Assembly (NCBI GenBank): GCA_963742105.1
Contig: CAVUKN010000007.1
Location: 777,979-841,978, forward strand
From: an uncultured Acidobacteriota bacterium
GTDB taxonomy: Bacteria > Acidobacteriota > Vicinamibacteria > Vicinamibacterales > UBA2999
Reading direction: 5' to 3'
DNA: 64,000 nucleotides
The translations under genes and the position numbers were made by a program. The notes under the pieces were generated by a model that saw nothing but the letters and a program-made list of their open reading frames with translations, did not search any database and was not told the DNA's origin. Numbering within the stretch: the first letter of the stretch is position 1; each line of letters begins with the position of its first letter. This document shows, piece after piece, positions 1-11,994 of the stretch.

Positions 1-54
1 GCTGCCGCCGCTGCGGTCGCGCCGATCGTGCCGCCGTCAGCGGCAGCCATTTAG
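1..54 (+). CDS. possible 3' end of an upstream gene (partial)
   Basis: Frame 1 is open from the window start (AAAAAVAPIVPPSAAAI) to TAG at 52-54. Too short to identify. Confidence 0.35.
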   Translation, partial: AAAAAVAPIVPPSAAAI

Positions 55-167
55 AAGTCAAAAGTTGAAAGTCAAAAGTTGAAAGTAAGTTCGAAGTTAC
101 TTTGGACTTCGAACTTTTAACTTTTAACTTTCAACTTTCAGCTTCTGAGTTCTGACTTTCCACTTTC
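55..167. repeat. AT-rich degenerate heptamer tandem repeat with inverted halves
   Basis: AAAGTCA/AAAGTTG units followed by reverse-complement-like units AACTTTT/AACTTTC/GACTTTC, ending directly at the HIT ATG. Confidence 0.85.
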
Positions 168-676
168 ATGGATCGCTTATGGTCCCCCTGGCGCCTCGCC
201 TACATCGACGGGCCCCAAGGACAAGAGCACCTGCGTCTTCTGCCGGCACGCACAGGAGGCGCGCGCCAATCCCGATGATCCTGATTCGCTGGTCCTCACA
301 ACCGGCGCACACGCGTACGTCGTCCTCAATCGGTATCCGTACAACAACGGTCACGTGATGGTGGTGCCCTACCAGCACACGTCGACGTTGACCACGCTGT
401 CGACCGAGGAACTCGACGAGATGATGCGCCTTCACTGCGCGCTGTGAACAGGCGCTGCGTGAAGCCTATCCGCTCGAGGGGCTCAACGTCGGGATCAATC
501 TCGGGAAGGCGGCGGGCGCCGGCATCGAGGAGCACCTCCACATCCACCTGGTCCCGCGCTGGCACGGCGACACCAACTTCATGACGGTGGTCGGGGAGAC
601 CCGCGTGCTGCCGGAAGACCTGCCGTCGACCGCCGCGCGCCTGCGCGGCGTCTTCGACCGACTGCTGCAGTCGTAG
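168..676 (+). CDS. HIT-family protein (Ap4A phosphorylase/ATP adenylyltransferase-like), two apparent frameshifts; absent from ORF track
   Basis: Manual translation: [13 protein letters not shown], then CVFC...[15 protein letters not shown], then [31 protein letters not shown] (HxHxH triad), TAG at 674-676. Shifts near 215 and 435. Confidence 0.9.
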
Positions 677-947
677 CCACGCTCCCGCCGTCGCAGGTCT
701 TCCTCAGCACTCCGCTCGTCGACCAGCGCTGCGGCGGCCTCGTGAATTGCGGCGTGGGAATTTCCTTGGGGTGTCGGCGAAATCACGCATTCGCGCCCTC
801 GCTCGCCTCACAACCCTGCTGATCCCCTTCATCCGCGCGTTGGCGGCATGGCACGAACGGAGCTTACGTGACCTTCAAACCATCCGCGTGATACCGCGCT
901 TCTGACGCTCTAGAGGCGGCTGCATCGCGCAGGCAGGAGCGACGGTC

Positions 948-2873
948 ATGCAGCGACGTCACGTTCGTCCATGTATGCCGCGGTCGGCCTCTCATGGGGC
1001 CTGGCTTGCCGCGATACTGCTCTCCCTGGCCAGTCTGCTCGCCGGTACGCCGAGTGAGGCAGCGCATTTCCGCTGTGCGTCTGCCGACGTGCCATGCCTG
1101 AAAACGGCGATCAGCCAGGCAAACGCCAATGGCCAGGACAACACCATCCTGCTGGCCGAAGGCGTCTTCGCGCTGGATGGTGTCGACAACTACACCGATG
1201 GTGCGAACGGGCTGCCATCGGTGACGGGCGTGCTGACAATCAGGGGCGCCGGCGCCGATCTGACGACGATCACGCGTCTGACCCCCGTCGTCTCGCCAGG
1301 CCAACCGCCGCCGCCGCGATTTCGGCTGCTTCACGTCGCAGCGGGCGGCGCGCTCACCGTCGAAGGTCTGACGCTGACGAAGGGCGCGAAGCCCTCTCAA
1401 CCGGACGGCGGGACGGGAGCGGGAATTCTGGCGCTCGGGTCGGTGACGATTCGTGACAGCGTCGTTTCGAACAATGGGTTCGATGCGAGCAATGGCGACA
1501 TCGGCACCGTCACCTTCGGGGGCGGCGTTGCCGGCGGGACGGTGGTGATCACGCATAGCACCATCACCGGCAATTACGCGCACGCGGGTGGCGGTGGCAT
1601 TTACATCGTCACGGGCGGAACCCTCACGATCACGGACAGCGTGATTTCGAAGAACAGCTGCTACTACGGCGGGGGAGGCATACGGTTCGACTCGTCCGGC
1701 GCGCTCACCATCAGCGACACGCTCGTGCTGGACAATACGACACCGCTGGCTCAATCACCGAGTGCCGGTGGTCTTGTGATCGGCGTAGGAGCGGGGAACA
1801 CCACGACCATTACCCGCACCACGATTGCGGGTAATTCGGGAGTCGAGGCCGGAGGGATCTATTACTTCTCTCCCGAAGGGCACCTCACGATTTCCCGCAG
1901 CGCCATCGTCGCCAACCAGGGAGCGTACCGGGGTGGCGGGATCGCGTTCACGTTTGGCACCTTGACCGTCACGGAGAGCACCATTGCCAACAACTCGACA
2001 GGATTGATTGGCTTTGGCGCGGCGGGCATAGCTGGTCTGTCGCCGGGCACCGGTACGGTCACGAACAGCTCCATCGTCGGCAACAACTTTTCCCGGATAA
2101 GTTCGTCCGCGGTTGGCGGTGTTGCTGGCGCGCTTCGTCTCCAGAACTCGATTGTGGCCGGAAATACGGTGGCCGGCGTCACCGGAAGCCGGTCGTCGGA
2201 TTGCGGGGAGTCGATCGAGTCGCTCGGGAACAACTTGTTCGGCGATCCGACCGGCTGCGGAGCAGTGGTCAGTGATCGTCTCGGCGAGCCCGGCCTCGGC
2301 GCCCTGCTCGATCCAGGACGCGCCGGCGGCGCGCATTTTCCTCTGTTGCCCGGCAGTCAGGCGATCGACGCCGGTGACAACGCTGTCTGCGGAGCCACCG
2401 ATCAGCAGGGGCTGGCCAGGCCGATCGATGGCAACGGCGATGGCGTGCGCACCTGCGACATCGGTGCCGTGGAGTTCTATCCTGTCGTCAACGACCTCGT
2501 GGTGCTCGACTCGCTGCGCTCGACCTACGTCCCCCCTTCTGCCCGTGAGCGGTCGAATCCGTTGACGGCCGGCGGGACGTTCGAGATTGCCGCCGTGTTC
2601 ACCACTGCGGGAGCGCAGCACATCTGCCATGTGGGCTTCCAGGTGACGACATTGCGCGGCGAGGGCGGCGGCTCGCCGACCCTGCTGACTCGACGCGGCG
2701 CGCTGATTGGTGGCGAAGGGGTGATCGTTCCGGCGCGGATCGCGGACGGGAAAGCGAACCTGCGAGCCGATCGCCACGACCAGTACCGATTCACCATCGG
2801 TCTCACCCAGAAGGAACCGGTCACGTTCCTGGTGAACGTCGTCGGGGAGGCGGGCGACGGATGCCGGCAGTAG
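948..2873 (+). CDS. secreted parallel beta-helix repeat protein with choice-of-anchor-Q-like domain
   Basis: Signal peptide; GGGI..TITxSxIxxN repeats; SLGNNLFGD...LLPGSQAIDAG...DQQGLARP...CDIGAVE motif. Confidence 0.8.
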   Translation: MQRRHVRPCMPRSASHGAWLAAILLSLASLLAGTPSEAAHFRCASADVPCLKTAISQANANGQDNTILLAEGVFALDGVDNYTDGANGLPSVTGVLTIRGAGADLTTITRLTPVVSPGQPPPPRFRLLHVAAGGALTVEGLTLTKGAKPSQPDGGTGAGILALGSVTIRDSVVSNNGFDASNGDIGTVTFGGGVAGGTVVITHSTITGNYAHAGGGGIYIVTGGTLTITDSVISKNSCYYGGGGIRFDSSGALTISDTLVLDNTTPLAQSPSAGGLVIGVGAGNTTTITRTTIAGNSGVEAGGIYYFSPEGHLTISRSAIVANQGAYRGGGIAFTFGTLTVTESTIANNSTGLIGFGAAGIAGLSPGTGTVTNSSIVGNNFSRISSSAVGGVAGALRLQNSIVAGNTVAGVTGSRSSDCGESIESLGNNLFGDPTGCGAVVSDRLGEPGLGALLDPGRAGGAHFPLLPGSQAIDAGDNAVCGATDQQGLARPIDGNGDGVRTCDIGAVEFYPVVNDLVVLDSLRSTYVPPSARERSNPLTAGGTFEIAAVFTTAGAQHICHVGFQVTTLRGEGGGSPTLLTRRGALIGGEGVIVPARIADGKANLRADRHDQYRFTIGLTQKEPVTFLVNVVGEAGDGCRQ

Positions 2874-2945
2874 CTCCGCCGCGCCAGGGACGCGGGTCTT
2901 AGCCCGTCGTTATACGCGGCAGTAGAATCGGATCGGCAGAGAACC

Positions 2946-3794
2946 GTGACCGATCTCCGGGACGTCGTCCTCGATAAAGAGCCGGGCCCCAGGCCGCCAG
3001 TGCCGTCGGCGCCGCGCGGTACGGCGTGGGCGTTCGCGGCGCTCGTTCTCGTCGCGGGTGCTGCGGCTCTCTACTGGTACGGCAGTAGGCAGAACTCATC
3101 CGCGGATGAACCAAAGCAGCCGGCAAGGGGAGACGTGCAGATCTCCGCTCCCCCGCGTACACCGCTCGGGGTCCAGACGACGCCGGTGGATCTGCCGCCG
3201 CTCGATCAGAGTGACGCGTTCGTGCGCGAGCTGGTGCGCGGTCTGTCGTCGCAGGCGTCGGTGACCGCGTGGCTGGCGACGACCGGCCTGATCCGCAACT
3301 TCGTGGTGGTGGTCGACAACATCGCCATGGGAGTGACGCCGGCGCGCCACCTGCGCGCGCTTGCGCCGCGCGGCCCGTTTCGCGTCATCGAAAGTAGCAG
3401 CCACATCATCATCGATCCGGCCGCATATGGTCGCTATGACGCACTCGCCGCGGCGGCCAGCGGCATCGATCCCGATGGCGCCGCCCGCGTGTACTCGACG
3501 CTGAAACCGCGCATCGAAGAGGCCTACCGCGATCTCGGCGGCGATGTCTCCTTCGACGCGAGGCTCGAAGGGGCGATCGTGTCGCTGCTGCGCGTGCCGA
3601 TCGTCGACAGCCCCGCCCTGGCCCCGCGCGGAGCGAACTATCTTTTCGCCGACCCGCGCCTGGAGACGTTAAGCGGCGCGCAGAAACAGCTTCTCAGGAT
3701 GGGTCCCGAACACGTCCGCGTCGTGCAATTGACCTTGCGACGAATCGCCGTGGCACTCGGGATTCCGCCGGAGCGTCTGCCGGCTGCCCGGTGA
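2946..3794 (+). CDS. DUF3014-like membrane-anchored protein
   Basis: N-terminal TM helix; LPPLDQSD, LIRNFVVVVDN, YLFADPRLETLSGAQKQLLRMGP motifs. Confidence 0.8.
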   Translation: MTDLRDVVLDKEPGPRPPVPSAPRGTAWAFAALVLVAGAAALYWYGSRQNSSADEPKQPARGDVQISAPPRTPLGVQTTPVDLPPLDQSDAFVRELVRGLSSQASVTAWLATTGLIRNFVVVVDNIAMGVTPARHLRALAPRGPFRVIESSSHIIIDPAAYGRYDALAAAASGIDPDGAARVYSTLKPRIEEAYRDLGGDVSFDARLEGAIVSLLRVPIVDSPALAPRGANYLFADPRLETLSGAQKQLLRMGPEHVRVVQLTLRRIAVALGIPPERLPAAR

Positions 3795-3858
3795 TCATCG
3801 AGGTCATCGACGTCGTGGTGTTCCGACATCGTGGAAGCCTGCCGCCCGCAGGCCATGG

Positions 3859-4890
3859 TCAGCCGCGAACCATCCCTTCCACGAGTTGATACGCCATCTG
3901 CCGCTGCTGCTCGCGCATCCGCTCAGGTGTCATCTGCGGCTGCGTTGGTGAAGACGCACGGTCCTTCTCAACCTGCGCTGCCGCCCGCGCCATCGCCTCG
4001 GCCAGCACCTGAGCGCCGACCTGGGTGCCGTCGGCTCTTGTGAGATAGCGGGCGATGGAGTCGGGTCCGCCGATGGCCATGGCTTCGCGTACGTCCATGC
4101 CGAATTCGCCGAGCAGTTCGCCCTCAGTGCCAAGCGGGATACCGAAGACCCAGGGTTCATCCCTCGTCAGATCGAGGAATCGCTGCACGAATGGTCTGGC
4201 CGAGGGCGGGATGTTGTTCACGTCGATCTTCGCGATCATGTCGACCATCGCCCGTGGCACGAAGTCGAGGACGATGCCGCTGCCGGGAGGATGCTGGCCG
4301 ACGAACTCCAGGGTACGGCGGACGCCCTCCTCCGGCACGTACATGGTGACCCCTTCCATGATGAAGAACGTGCGCTGCGACCGGTCGTAGCCGTTCCGCT
4401 TCAGAACTTCGGCAAGGTCCTCGTGCTGAAAGTCGATCGGTACGTAGGTCAGGTTGGGCGGCACCGCGCCAAGTGCCGCGAGCACTCGCTCGCGCTTCAG
4501 GGCCTGAGTCGCGGCACGGTCGACTTCGAACACCCGGAGGTCCTTCAACAGTTCGCGACAGCGATAGGCGTGGGTGTCGAACCCGGCGCCGAGCACCACC
4601 AACTGGCGAGCGCCTGCGGCCACTGCCCGTTCGAGTGCCGCATCGATGAAGCGCGTACGGATCATCATCATCCGCACGGTGTTCACCACCTCGGGGTTCG
4701 ACATCGCTTCGTCGTATGGCTTGCCCAGCGCTCGTACTGTCGGGTGATCGACCTCGAAGAGGCTCGCATCGCCGAGCAGACGCTCGGCGAGATCGTCCGG
4801 GTTGCGGACCATCGGGTCGGGCTCGCGCGCGCCGATGGCGCGTCCAGCCGCTACGTAGATGCATGTTCTGGAAACGCCCGGGATTGTCAT
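3859..4890 (-). CDS. SAM-dependent methyltransferase, leucine-carboxyl-methyltransferase (LCM)-like family
   Basis: RTRFID, QLVVLGAGFDTHAYR, FEVD, FIMEGVTMY motifs. Confidence 0.88.
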   Translation of the reverse strand: MTIPGVSRTCIYVAAGRAIGAREPDPMVRNPDDLAERLLGDASLFEVDHPTVRALGKPYDEAMSNPEVVNTVRMMMIRTRFIDAALERAVAAGARQLVVLGAGFDTHAYRCRELLKDLRVFEVDRAATQALKRERVLAALGAVPPNLTYVPIDFQHEDLAEVLKRNGYDRSQRTFFIMEGVTMYVPEEGVRRTLEFVGQHPPGSGIVLDFVPRAMVDMIAKIDVNNIPPSARPFVQRFLDLTRDEPWVFGIPLGTEGELLGEFGMDVREAMAIGGPDSIARYLTRADGTQVGAQVLAEAMARAAAQVEKDRASSPTQPQMTPERMREQQRQMAYQLVEGMVRG

Positions 4891-4957
4891 GTCATGCGCA
4901 CCTTGCGGCGGTCGCGGTCAGCGGCGTTGGTGATTTGTCGATGCGGTCAACAACAGA

Positions 4958-5941
4958 TCATGGCTTCCGCTCGCTCGGCGCGAGATAGCTCTTGCGCGCA
5001 CGCGGCTTGAGCCCCTTGGTGGCGACTTGCACCTCGATCTTGTGGACCTTGCCGTCTCGTTTCGGTGGGGCGAAGCCGATGAGATACTGGCTGTGGAGTT
5101 CATCAGCCACGTCAGCGAATGCCGCGGCGAGGTCCTCCCCAAACCGGATCTCGATGTAACCGCCGCCCGTTTCTTCGGCCACACGCGCAAGGCCCGGATC
5201 GGGGAAGTCCGCCATCAACGCCGCCTGCAGACCGCCCGGACCGATCCCCGGCACCTGCGGTCGCGCCCCGCGGCTGCGCATGCCGACGCCATAGAGCATC
5301 ACTCCCTGCCGTCGCGCGCGGTCGATCACTTGACTCTGACTGGCGACGGGTTGACGAAAACTGGCGGGACCCACCGGGCCGCTGTCCTTGCCATCGCTGA
5401 GGACGAGGATGACTGGGCGCTCGTCCGCGCCGCCTTCCGACGCGCTTTCCTGGAACGCGTCGAGCGCCTGGTCGATGGCCCGCCACAGCGGTGTGGGCGC
5501 GTCCGGGTCGATAGCACGAGGGAGGGCTCGTTCGATCTCGCGCGCATCGCGGGTGAACGTCGGGCTGATCTCCACGTCGTTTCCGAAGGTGCCCAGCCGC
5601 ACGCCGTCGTCATCGCGCAGGTGCCGGAGAAGTTCCGAGGTGCCCTCGCGCAAGATCGGCAGGTTGCCCTGCATGCTTCCTGACACGTCGAGCAGGACGA
5701 TCAGGCGGATTGGCTGCGGACGGTTGTCGAAAGTCGTGATCGGCTGCGGCGATCCTTCGTCGCGAATGGCGAAGTCCTTCTGTTCGAGCGTCGTGACGAT
5801 ACGACCATCCTTATCGGTGACAGTAGTGAACACCCGAACGTTGTCGGCGGTGCCGCGAAACGTCGGCTGCTGTGCGGCGATGACCGCTGCGGCGACGCCG
5901 AGAAGAGACAGCAGGAGAGCGAATAGGAAACGCCGATTCAT
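4958..5941 (-). CDS. secreted VWA-domain protein (Acidobacterial VWFA-related type)
   Basis: Signal peptide, PTFR, MIDAS DVSGS, LSDGKD, AEETGG, ELHSQYLIGF, RARKSY. Confidence 0.88.
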   Translation of the reverse strand: MNRRFLFALLLSLLGVAAAVIAAQQPTFRGTADNVRVFTTVTDKDGRIVTTLEQKDFAIRDEGSPQPITTFDNRPQPIRLIVLLDVSGSMQGNLPILREGTSELLRHLRDDDGVRLGTFGNDVEISPTFTRDAREIERALPRAIDPDAPTPLWRAIDQALDAFQESASEGGADERPVILVLSDGKDSGPVGPASFRQPVASQSQVIDRARRQGVMLYGVGMRSRGARPQVPGIGPGGLQAALMADFPDPGLARVAEETGGGYIEIRFGEDLAAAFADVADELHSQYLIGFAPPKRDGKVHKIEVQVATKGLKPRARKSYLAPSERKP

Positions 5942-6073
5942 GGGCAGGAACTCCGTCGGCAGGCCGGCCTTCCAGTCATATCACACCGAGAGCCCCGGAA
6001 ACCGTCGCAATCCGGGCCTCAGGCCTGCCAGCGCAGAGACACAGAAGCACCGTGTTCTCACGGCGGGCCTACA

Positions 6074-7399
6074 ATGCTCCCCATGCGATGTCAGCGCGCG
6101 GCCGTGCTCGCGTTCGTCGCGCTGTTCATGCGCGTGGCGCCGGTCGCCGCGCAGGACACCACGCACCCGCTCGCCGTCGTGGCGGAATTCGACGGCATCA
6201 TCCATCCGATTTCGGCGGAGTATGTCACAGGCGTGATCGACCAGGCCGACACGTCAGCGGCCACCGTCATCATCATCGTGCTGCGCACCCCAGGCGGATT
6301 GCTCGATTCGACGAATGCGATCGTCTCCAGACTGATCACGTCGCGCGCGCCGGTGGTGGTGTTTGTCGGTCCAGCCGGGGCCCGCGCTGCATCAGCGGGG
6401 TTCCTCATCACGCTGGCCGCCGATATCGCGGTAATGGCAGCGGGGACGCACATCGGCGCCGCCCATCCAGTCGCGGGGAACGGCGCGCCGATGGACCAGA
6501 CAATGGCCGCCAAAGTCGCATCGGACAGCGCCGCGTATGCGCGGGCGCTGGCTGAGGCGCGCGGCCGCAACACCATGCTCGCGGCCGCGGCGGTCACCGA
6601 GAGCCGGGCCTTCACCGATCGCGAGGCGCTCGAGGCGATGCCGCCGCTGATTGATTTCATCGCGTCGGACATCAACGATGTCCTCCGCCAGCTCGATGGC
6701 CGGAGCGTGCGCCGATTCGACGGCCGCACGCAAGTGCTGAAGACCCGGGGCGCGGTCGTCCGCCGCATCGACATGACGCGCCGGCAGCAGTTCCTCAGCG
6801 CGATCGCGCACCCGGAGATCGCCTATTGGCTGCTCACGCTCGGGATGCTCGGCCTGACGGTGGAGCTCTGGAATCCGGGTGCCGTGTTGCCGGGCGTGGC
6901 GGGCGGCGTGTGCCTGTTGCTGGCGATCTTCGCGCTGCAGATCCTGCCGGTGAGCACGACGGGACTGCTGCTCGTCCTGTTCGGCCTCGCGCTGCTGGTG
7001 CTCGAACTGAAGATGCCGAGTTTCGGCGTGCTCGGCGTCGGCGGCACGATCAGTCTCGTCCTCGGTTCGGTCATGATGGCGCGTGCGGTTCCGGACCTGC
7101 AGGTCAGCCTCGGAGCGATCGTACCGCCGGCACTCGCGCTTGCGGCGATCATGCTCGTATTGGGACGGTTGGCCCTGCAGGCACGGCGTCGACCAGCGGT
7201 CACCGGTGCGGAAGGAATGATCGGAGCCGAGGGGCGCGCACGCACACCGGTGACGGCAGACACGCCCGGGCAGATCGACGTGCACGGAGAGATCTGGCGG
7301 GCGGTGAGCCGCGCCCCGGTCGCTCCAGGCCGGCCGGTGCGTGTTATCGAAATGAACGGGCTGACGCTGGTGGTGGAGCCGGCCGACCGGGCGAACTGA
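6074..7399 (+). CDS. nfeD: NfeD-family membrane-bound serine protease
   Basis: [22 protein letters not shown] bundle, C-terminal OB fold ([12 protein letters not shown]); upstream of a slipin gene. Confidence 0.92.
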   Translation: MLPMRCQRAAVLAFVALFMRVAPVAAQDTTHPLAVVAEFDGIIHPISAEYVTGVIDQADTSAATVIIIVLRTPGGLLDSTNAIVSRLITSRAPVVVFVGPAGARAASAGFLITLAADIAVMAAGTHIGAAHPVAGNGAPMDQTMAAKVASDSAAYARALAEARGRNTMLAAAAVTESRAFTDREALEAMPPLIDFIASDINDVLRQLDGRSVRRFDGRTQVLKTRGAVVRRIDMTRRQQFLSAIAHPEIAYWLLTLGMLGLTVELWNPGAVLPGVAGGVCLLLAIFALQILPVSTTGLLLVLFGLALLVLELKMPSFGVLGVGGTISLVLGSVMMARAVPDLQVSLGAIVPPALALAAIMLVLGRLALQARRRPAVTGAEGMIGAEGRARTPVTADTPGQIDVHGEIWRAVSRAPVAPGRPVRVIEMNGLTLVVEPADRAN

Positions 7400-7422
7400 T
7401 TCGTAACGCGAGGAGCGTGTTC

Positions 7423-8190
7423 ATGCAAGGCTTGGCGATATCTCCGGTTCTGATCGCGGCGGTGGTGGTCGTGCTGTACCTCGTGAGCTCGATCCAGATC
7501 CTCCGCGAGTACGAGCGCGGCGTGATCTTCCGCCTCGGCAAGCTCCTGCCGGAGCCGAAAGGGCCCGGCGTCATCTTCGTCTTCCGCCCCATCGACCACA
7601 TCGTCCGCGTCAGTCTTCGGACCGTGGTGCACGACGTGCCGCCGCAGGACATCATCAGCCGCGACAACGTGTCGGTGAAGGTCAACGCGGTGGTCTACTA
7701 TCGCGTTGTCGATCCACGCCGTGCCGTGGTGGAAGTCGAAAACTACCAATATGCGACGTCACAGCTCGCGCAGACGACCCTGCGCAGTGTGCTGGGGCAA
7801 GCGGAGCTGGACGATCTGCTGTCCGAACGCGATCGCCTCAATCAGCAGTTGCAGCAGATTCTCGACAACCAGACCGACCCGTGGGGGATCAAGGTGTCGG
7901 CGGTGGAGGTGAAGCACGTCGATTTGCCGCAGGACATGCAGCGGGCGATGGCACGGCAAGCGGAGGCGGAGCGTGAAAAGAGGGCCAAGATCATCCACGC
8001 CGAAGGCGAGCTGATTGCGTCGGAGAAGCTGGCGCAGGCAGCGGAGATCCTCGATCGGCAGCCCTCGGCGATTACGCTGCGCTACCTGCAGACGCTGACC
8101 GACATCGCCGCGGAACAGAACTCGACGATCGTGTTTCCGCTGCCGATCGAACTGATGCGGATGCTCGGCGTCGGCACCGCGCGGCCGTAA
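7423..8190 (+). CDS. slipin/SPFH (stomatin-like) protein
   Basis: RBS AGGAG then ATG at 7423; [47 protein letters not shown]. Confidence 0.93.
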   Translation: MQGLAISPVLIAAVVVVLYLVSSIQILREYERGVIFRLGKLLPEPKGPGVIFVFRPIDHIVRVSLRTVVHDVPPQDIISRDNVSVKVNAVVYYRVVDPRRAVVEVENYQYATSQLAQTTLRSVLGQAELDDLLSERDRLNQQLQQILDNQTDPWGIKVSAVEVKHVDLPQDMQRAMARQAEAEREKRAKIIHAEGELIASEKLAQAAEILDRQPSAITLRYLQTLTDIAAEQNSTIVFPLPIELMRMLGVGTARP

Positions 8191-8252
8191 TCAGGGGCCG
8201 CAATCCGTAACGGCGAGGCACGACACAGCTCAACCCGCGCATCACACGGCTC

Positions 8253-8755
8253 TCATTCCAGTCCGCCGCGGACCGATGTGATGCGATGCGTGTTGAAGCC
8301 GAGCCAGTGCATCCGCCCGGCAAACCGCGCATGTTCGACTTTCAGGCAGCGGTCCATGATGACGGTGAGGCCACCGGCTTCAGCGATCCGAGCACCTTCC
8401 GCGTTGATGACGCCGAATTGACACCAGAGCGCGCCGGCCCGGATCGCAACCGCGTCCCTGGCGATCGCCGGCAATGCGTCGGGCGCGCGGAAGACGTTGA
8501 CGATATCGATCGGCACGGGCACGTCGGCAAGGCTCGCGAAACTCTTCTCCCCGAGGATTTCCGTCTCGCGAGGGTTGACCGGGATGACGCGATAGCCATG
8601 ACGCTTGAGGTAATAGCCGACGAAGTGACTGGCCCGCAGCTCGTTCGGCGACAGTCCGACCATCGCGATATTCCGGGCGCCGAACATCACGCGCTGAATC
8701 GTCAGGGCGTCCTGGTAGCGGGCGAGATCGAACTGCGGCGAATCGATCTGGCCGG

Positions 8756-8759
<4 letters not shown>
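8253..8759 (-). CDS. CoA-binding protein (YccU-like)
   Basis: IAMVGLS, GYRVIPVNP, DIVNVFR, LWCQFG, MDRCLKVEH; 4-nt overlap with the metY stop. Confidence 0.9.
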
Positions 8760-10125
<1,366 letters not shown>

Positions 10126-11335
10126 CTAGGTTGGCTGGCGCGCGAGAAACTGCTGGATCATCGGCGTCTGTCGCGCCTCCTCCAGCAGGAAGCAGTCGTG
10201 GCCGTAGGGAGCGTCGATGACGTGGTATTCGACCTCCTTGCCGAGGGCGCCGAGCGCGTCGGCCAGGGTTTGCGAGCCGGCAGGCGGATACAGCCAGTCC
10301 GAGCTGAAGGCGATGAGCAGGGTTCGGGCCGACACGCCGCGTAGTGCCTCTCGCAGCGAACCGCGCCCGTACTGCCGGGCGAGATCGAAGTAGGTGAGGG
10401 CGCGCGAAGTGTAGAGATACGTGTTCGCGTCGAAGCGCCTGACGAACGAGTCTGCCTGATGACGCAGGTAACTCTCGATCTCGAACTCCGGCTCGGTCAG
10501 GGTGTAGCGGATGCCCTCACCGCCTTGCAGACGACGGCCGAATTTGTCGCCGACGGATTGCGCCGACAGGTACGTCATGTGGCCGACCATCCGGGCGATG
10601 CCCATGCCGGCATCGGGTTTCCGTCCGGTGCCGTAGTAGTGGCCGCCCTGCCAGGCTGGGTCTCTCATGATGGCGCTGCGCGCGATGGCGTTCCAGGCGA
10701 CACCCTGCGGCTGGAGCGCGTGCGTGCTGGCGATGGCCACGATGGCGTCCACCTGGCCGGGATAGAGGATGGCCCACTCGAACCCCTGCATCCCGCCGAG
10801 CGAGCCGCCGGCGACGGCCGCGAGCCGCTCGATCCCGAGCTCGTCGAGGAACGCGCGCTGGGTCCGCACCATGTCGGCGACGGTGATGACCGGGAAGTCC
10901 GATCCGTACGGCCTCCCGGTCGTCGGATTCAGTGACGATGGTCCGGTTGTGCCGCGACAGCCACCGAGGAGGTTCGTCGAGACCACGAAGAAGCGGTCGG
11001 TGTCGAACGCTTTGCCTGGACCGATCATGCCGTCCCACCAGCCGAGGCCCTTGCGGCCCGCCCGGTCGCGCTCGGCGGCACCGAATCCATCACGCGTGCT
11101 TTCCTCGGGCGGGGTGCGGGCGATGCCGGCGGCATGCGCGTCGCCGCTCAACGCGTGGCACACGAGGATGACGTTGTCGCGCTCAGGCGCGAGCGTGCCG
11201 TAGGTTTCGTAGGCAATCCGTATCGGGTGCAGGGCCAGGCCGCAGTCGAGCTGCACCGGGGCCGGCAACGACGAGGAACTGCGTGTCAACCGTGCCGACC
11301 GAACCTTCAGCCATCTTCGGCGCTGGCGTCGCCAT
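10126..11335 (-). CDS. metX: homoserine O-acetyltransferase, apparent frameshift near the 5' end
   Basis: YETYG, CHALSGDAH, GGSLGGMQ nucleophile motif, RFDANTY, YGHDCFL; N-terminus (GSVGTVDTQF) is in another frame (shift near 11270). Start could be 11314. Confidence 0.92.
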
Positions 11336-11439
11336 GAGCGAAATCATAGCGCCGCTCGCATCGCCGTCGTCCATACGGCACTCGCGGCGTTGTATCATTC
11401 GAGACTTTCCCCGAGTTCTTCACCAACGGAGAGGTTGCG

Positions 11440-11994
11440 ATGGCTATGGCGACGGTCAACAACGGAGTCAACGTCCAGGCGCTCCTCGATGCGCGCGACG
11501 CGTTGAGAGGTGCACCAGAGGCGACGCAATTCACCTGGCGGGCGTCCTGCAAATGGCAGAACGGCACCTACAGCACTACGAACGTCCAGGGCTTCTTCGG
11601 GCTCGGACAGGAACAGCAGCACAAGACCGAGACGTCGTTCGCCGCCGATCATCCTGAGATTTTTGCCTCCGAGGATCGCGGCATCACACCGATCGAGTAC
11701 GTCCTGGTCGGCCTGGCGAGTTGTCTTACCGCCGGCGTCGCTTCGGTTGCGCAGAATCGCGGCATCCAGCTGCGATCGGTCGAGTCGAAGCTGGAAGGCA
11801 AGATGGACATCCGCGGCATCCTCGGGATGGACGGCGACGTGCGCAACGGCTACGACGACATCAAGGTCACCTTCACGATCGACGCGGATGCGTCGAAGTC
11901 GGAGATCGAGGCGATCGTCGCGCAGTCGCAGAAGCGCTCGGCCGTCTACGACGTCATCACCAACCCGGTGAACGTCACCGTCGAAGTGGCCTGA
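11440..11994 (+). CDS. OsmC-family protein (single-Cys type)
   Basis: RBS GGAGAGG; NNGVNV, DHP..F...D.G.TP.EY.L..LASCL, SQKRSAVYD. Confidence 0.88.
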   Translation: MAMATVNNGVNVQALLDARDALRGAPEATQFTWRASCKWQNGTYSTTNVQGFFGLGQEQQHKTETSFAADHPEIFASEDRGITPIEYVLVGLASCLTAGVASVAQNRGIQLRSVESKLEGKMDIRGILGMDGDVRNGYDDIKVTFTIDADASKSEIEAIVAQSQKRSAVYDVITNPVNVTVEVA

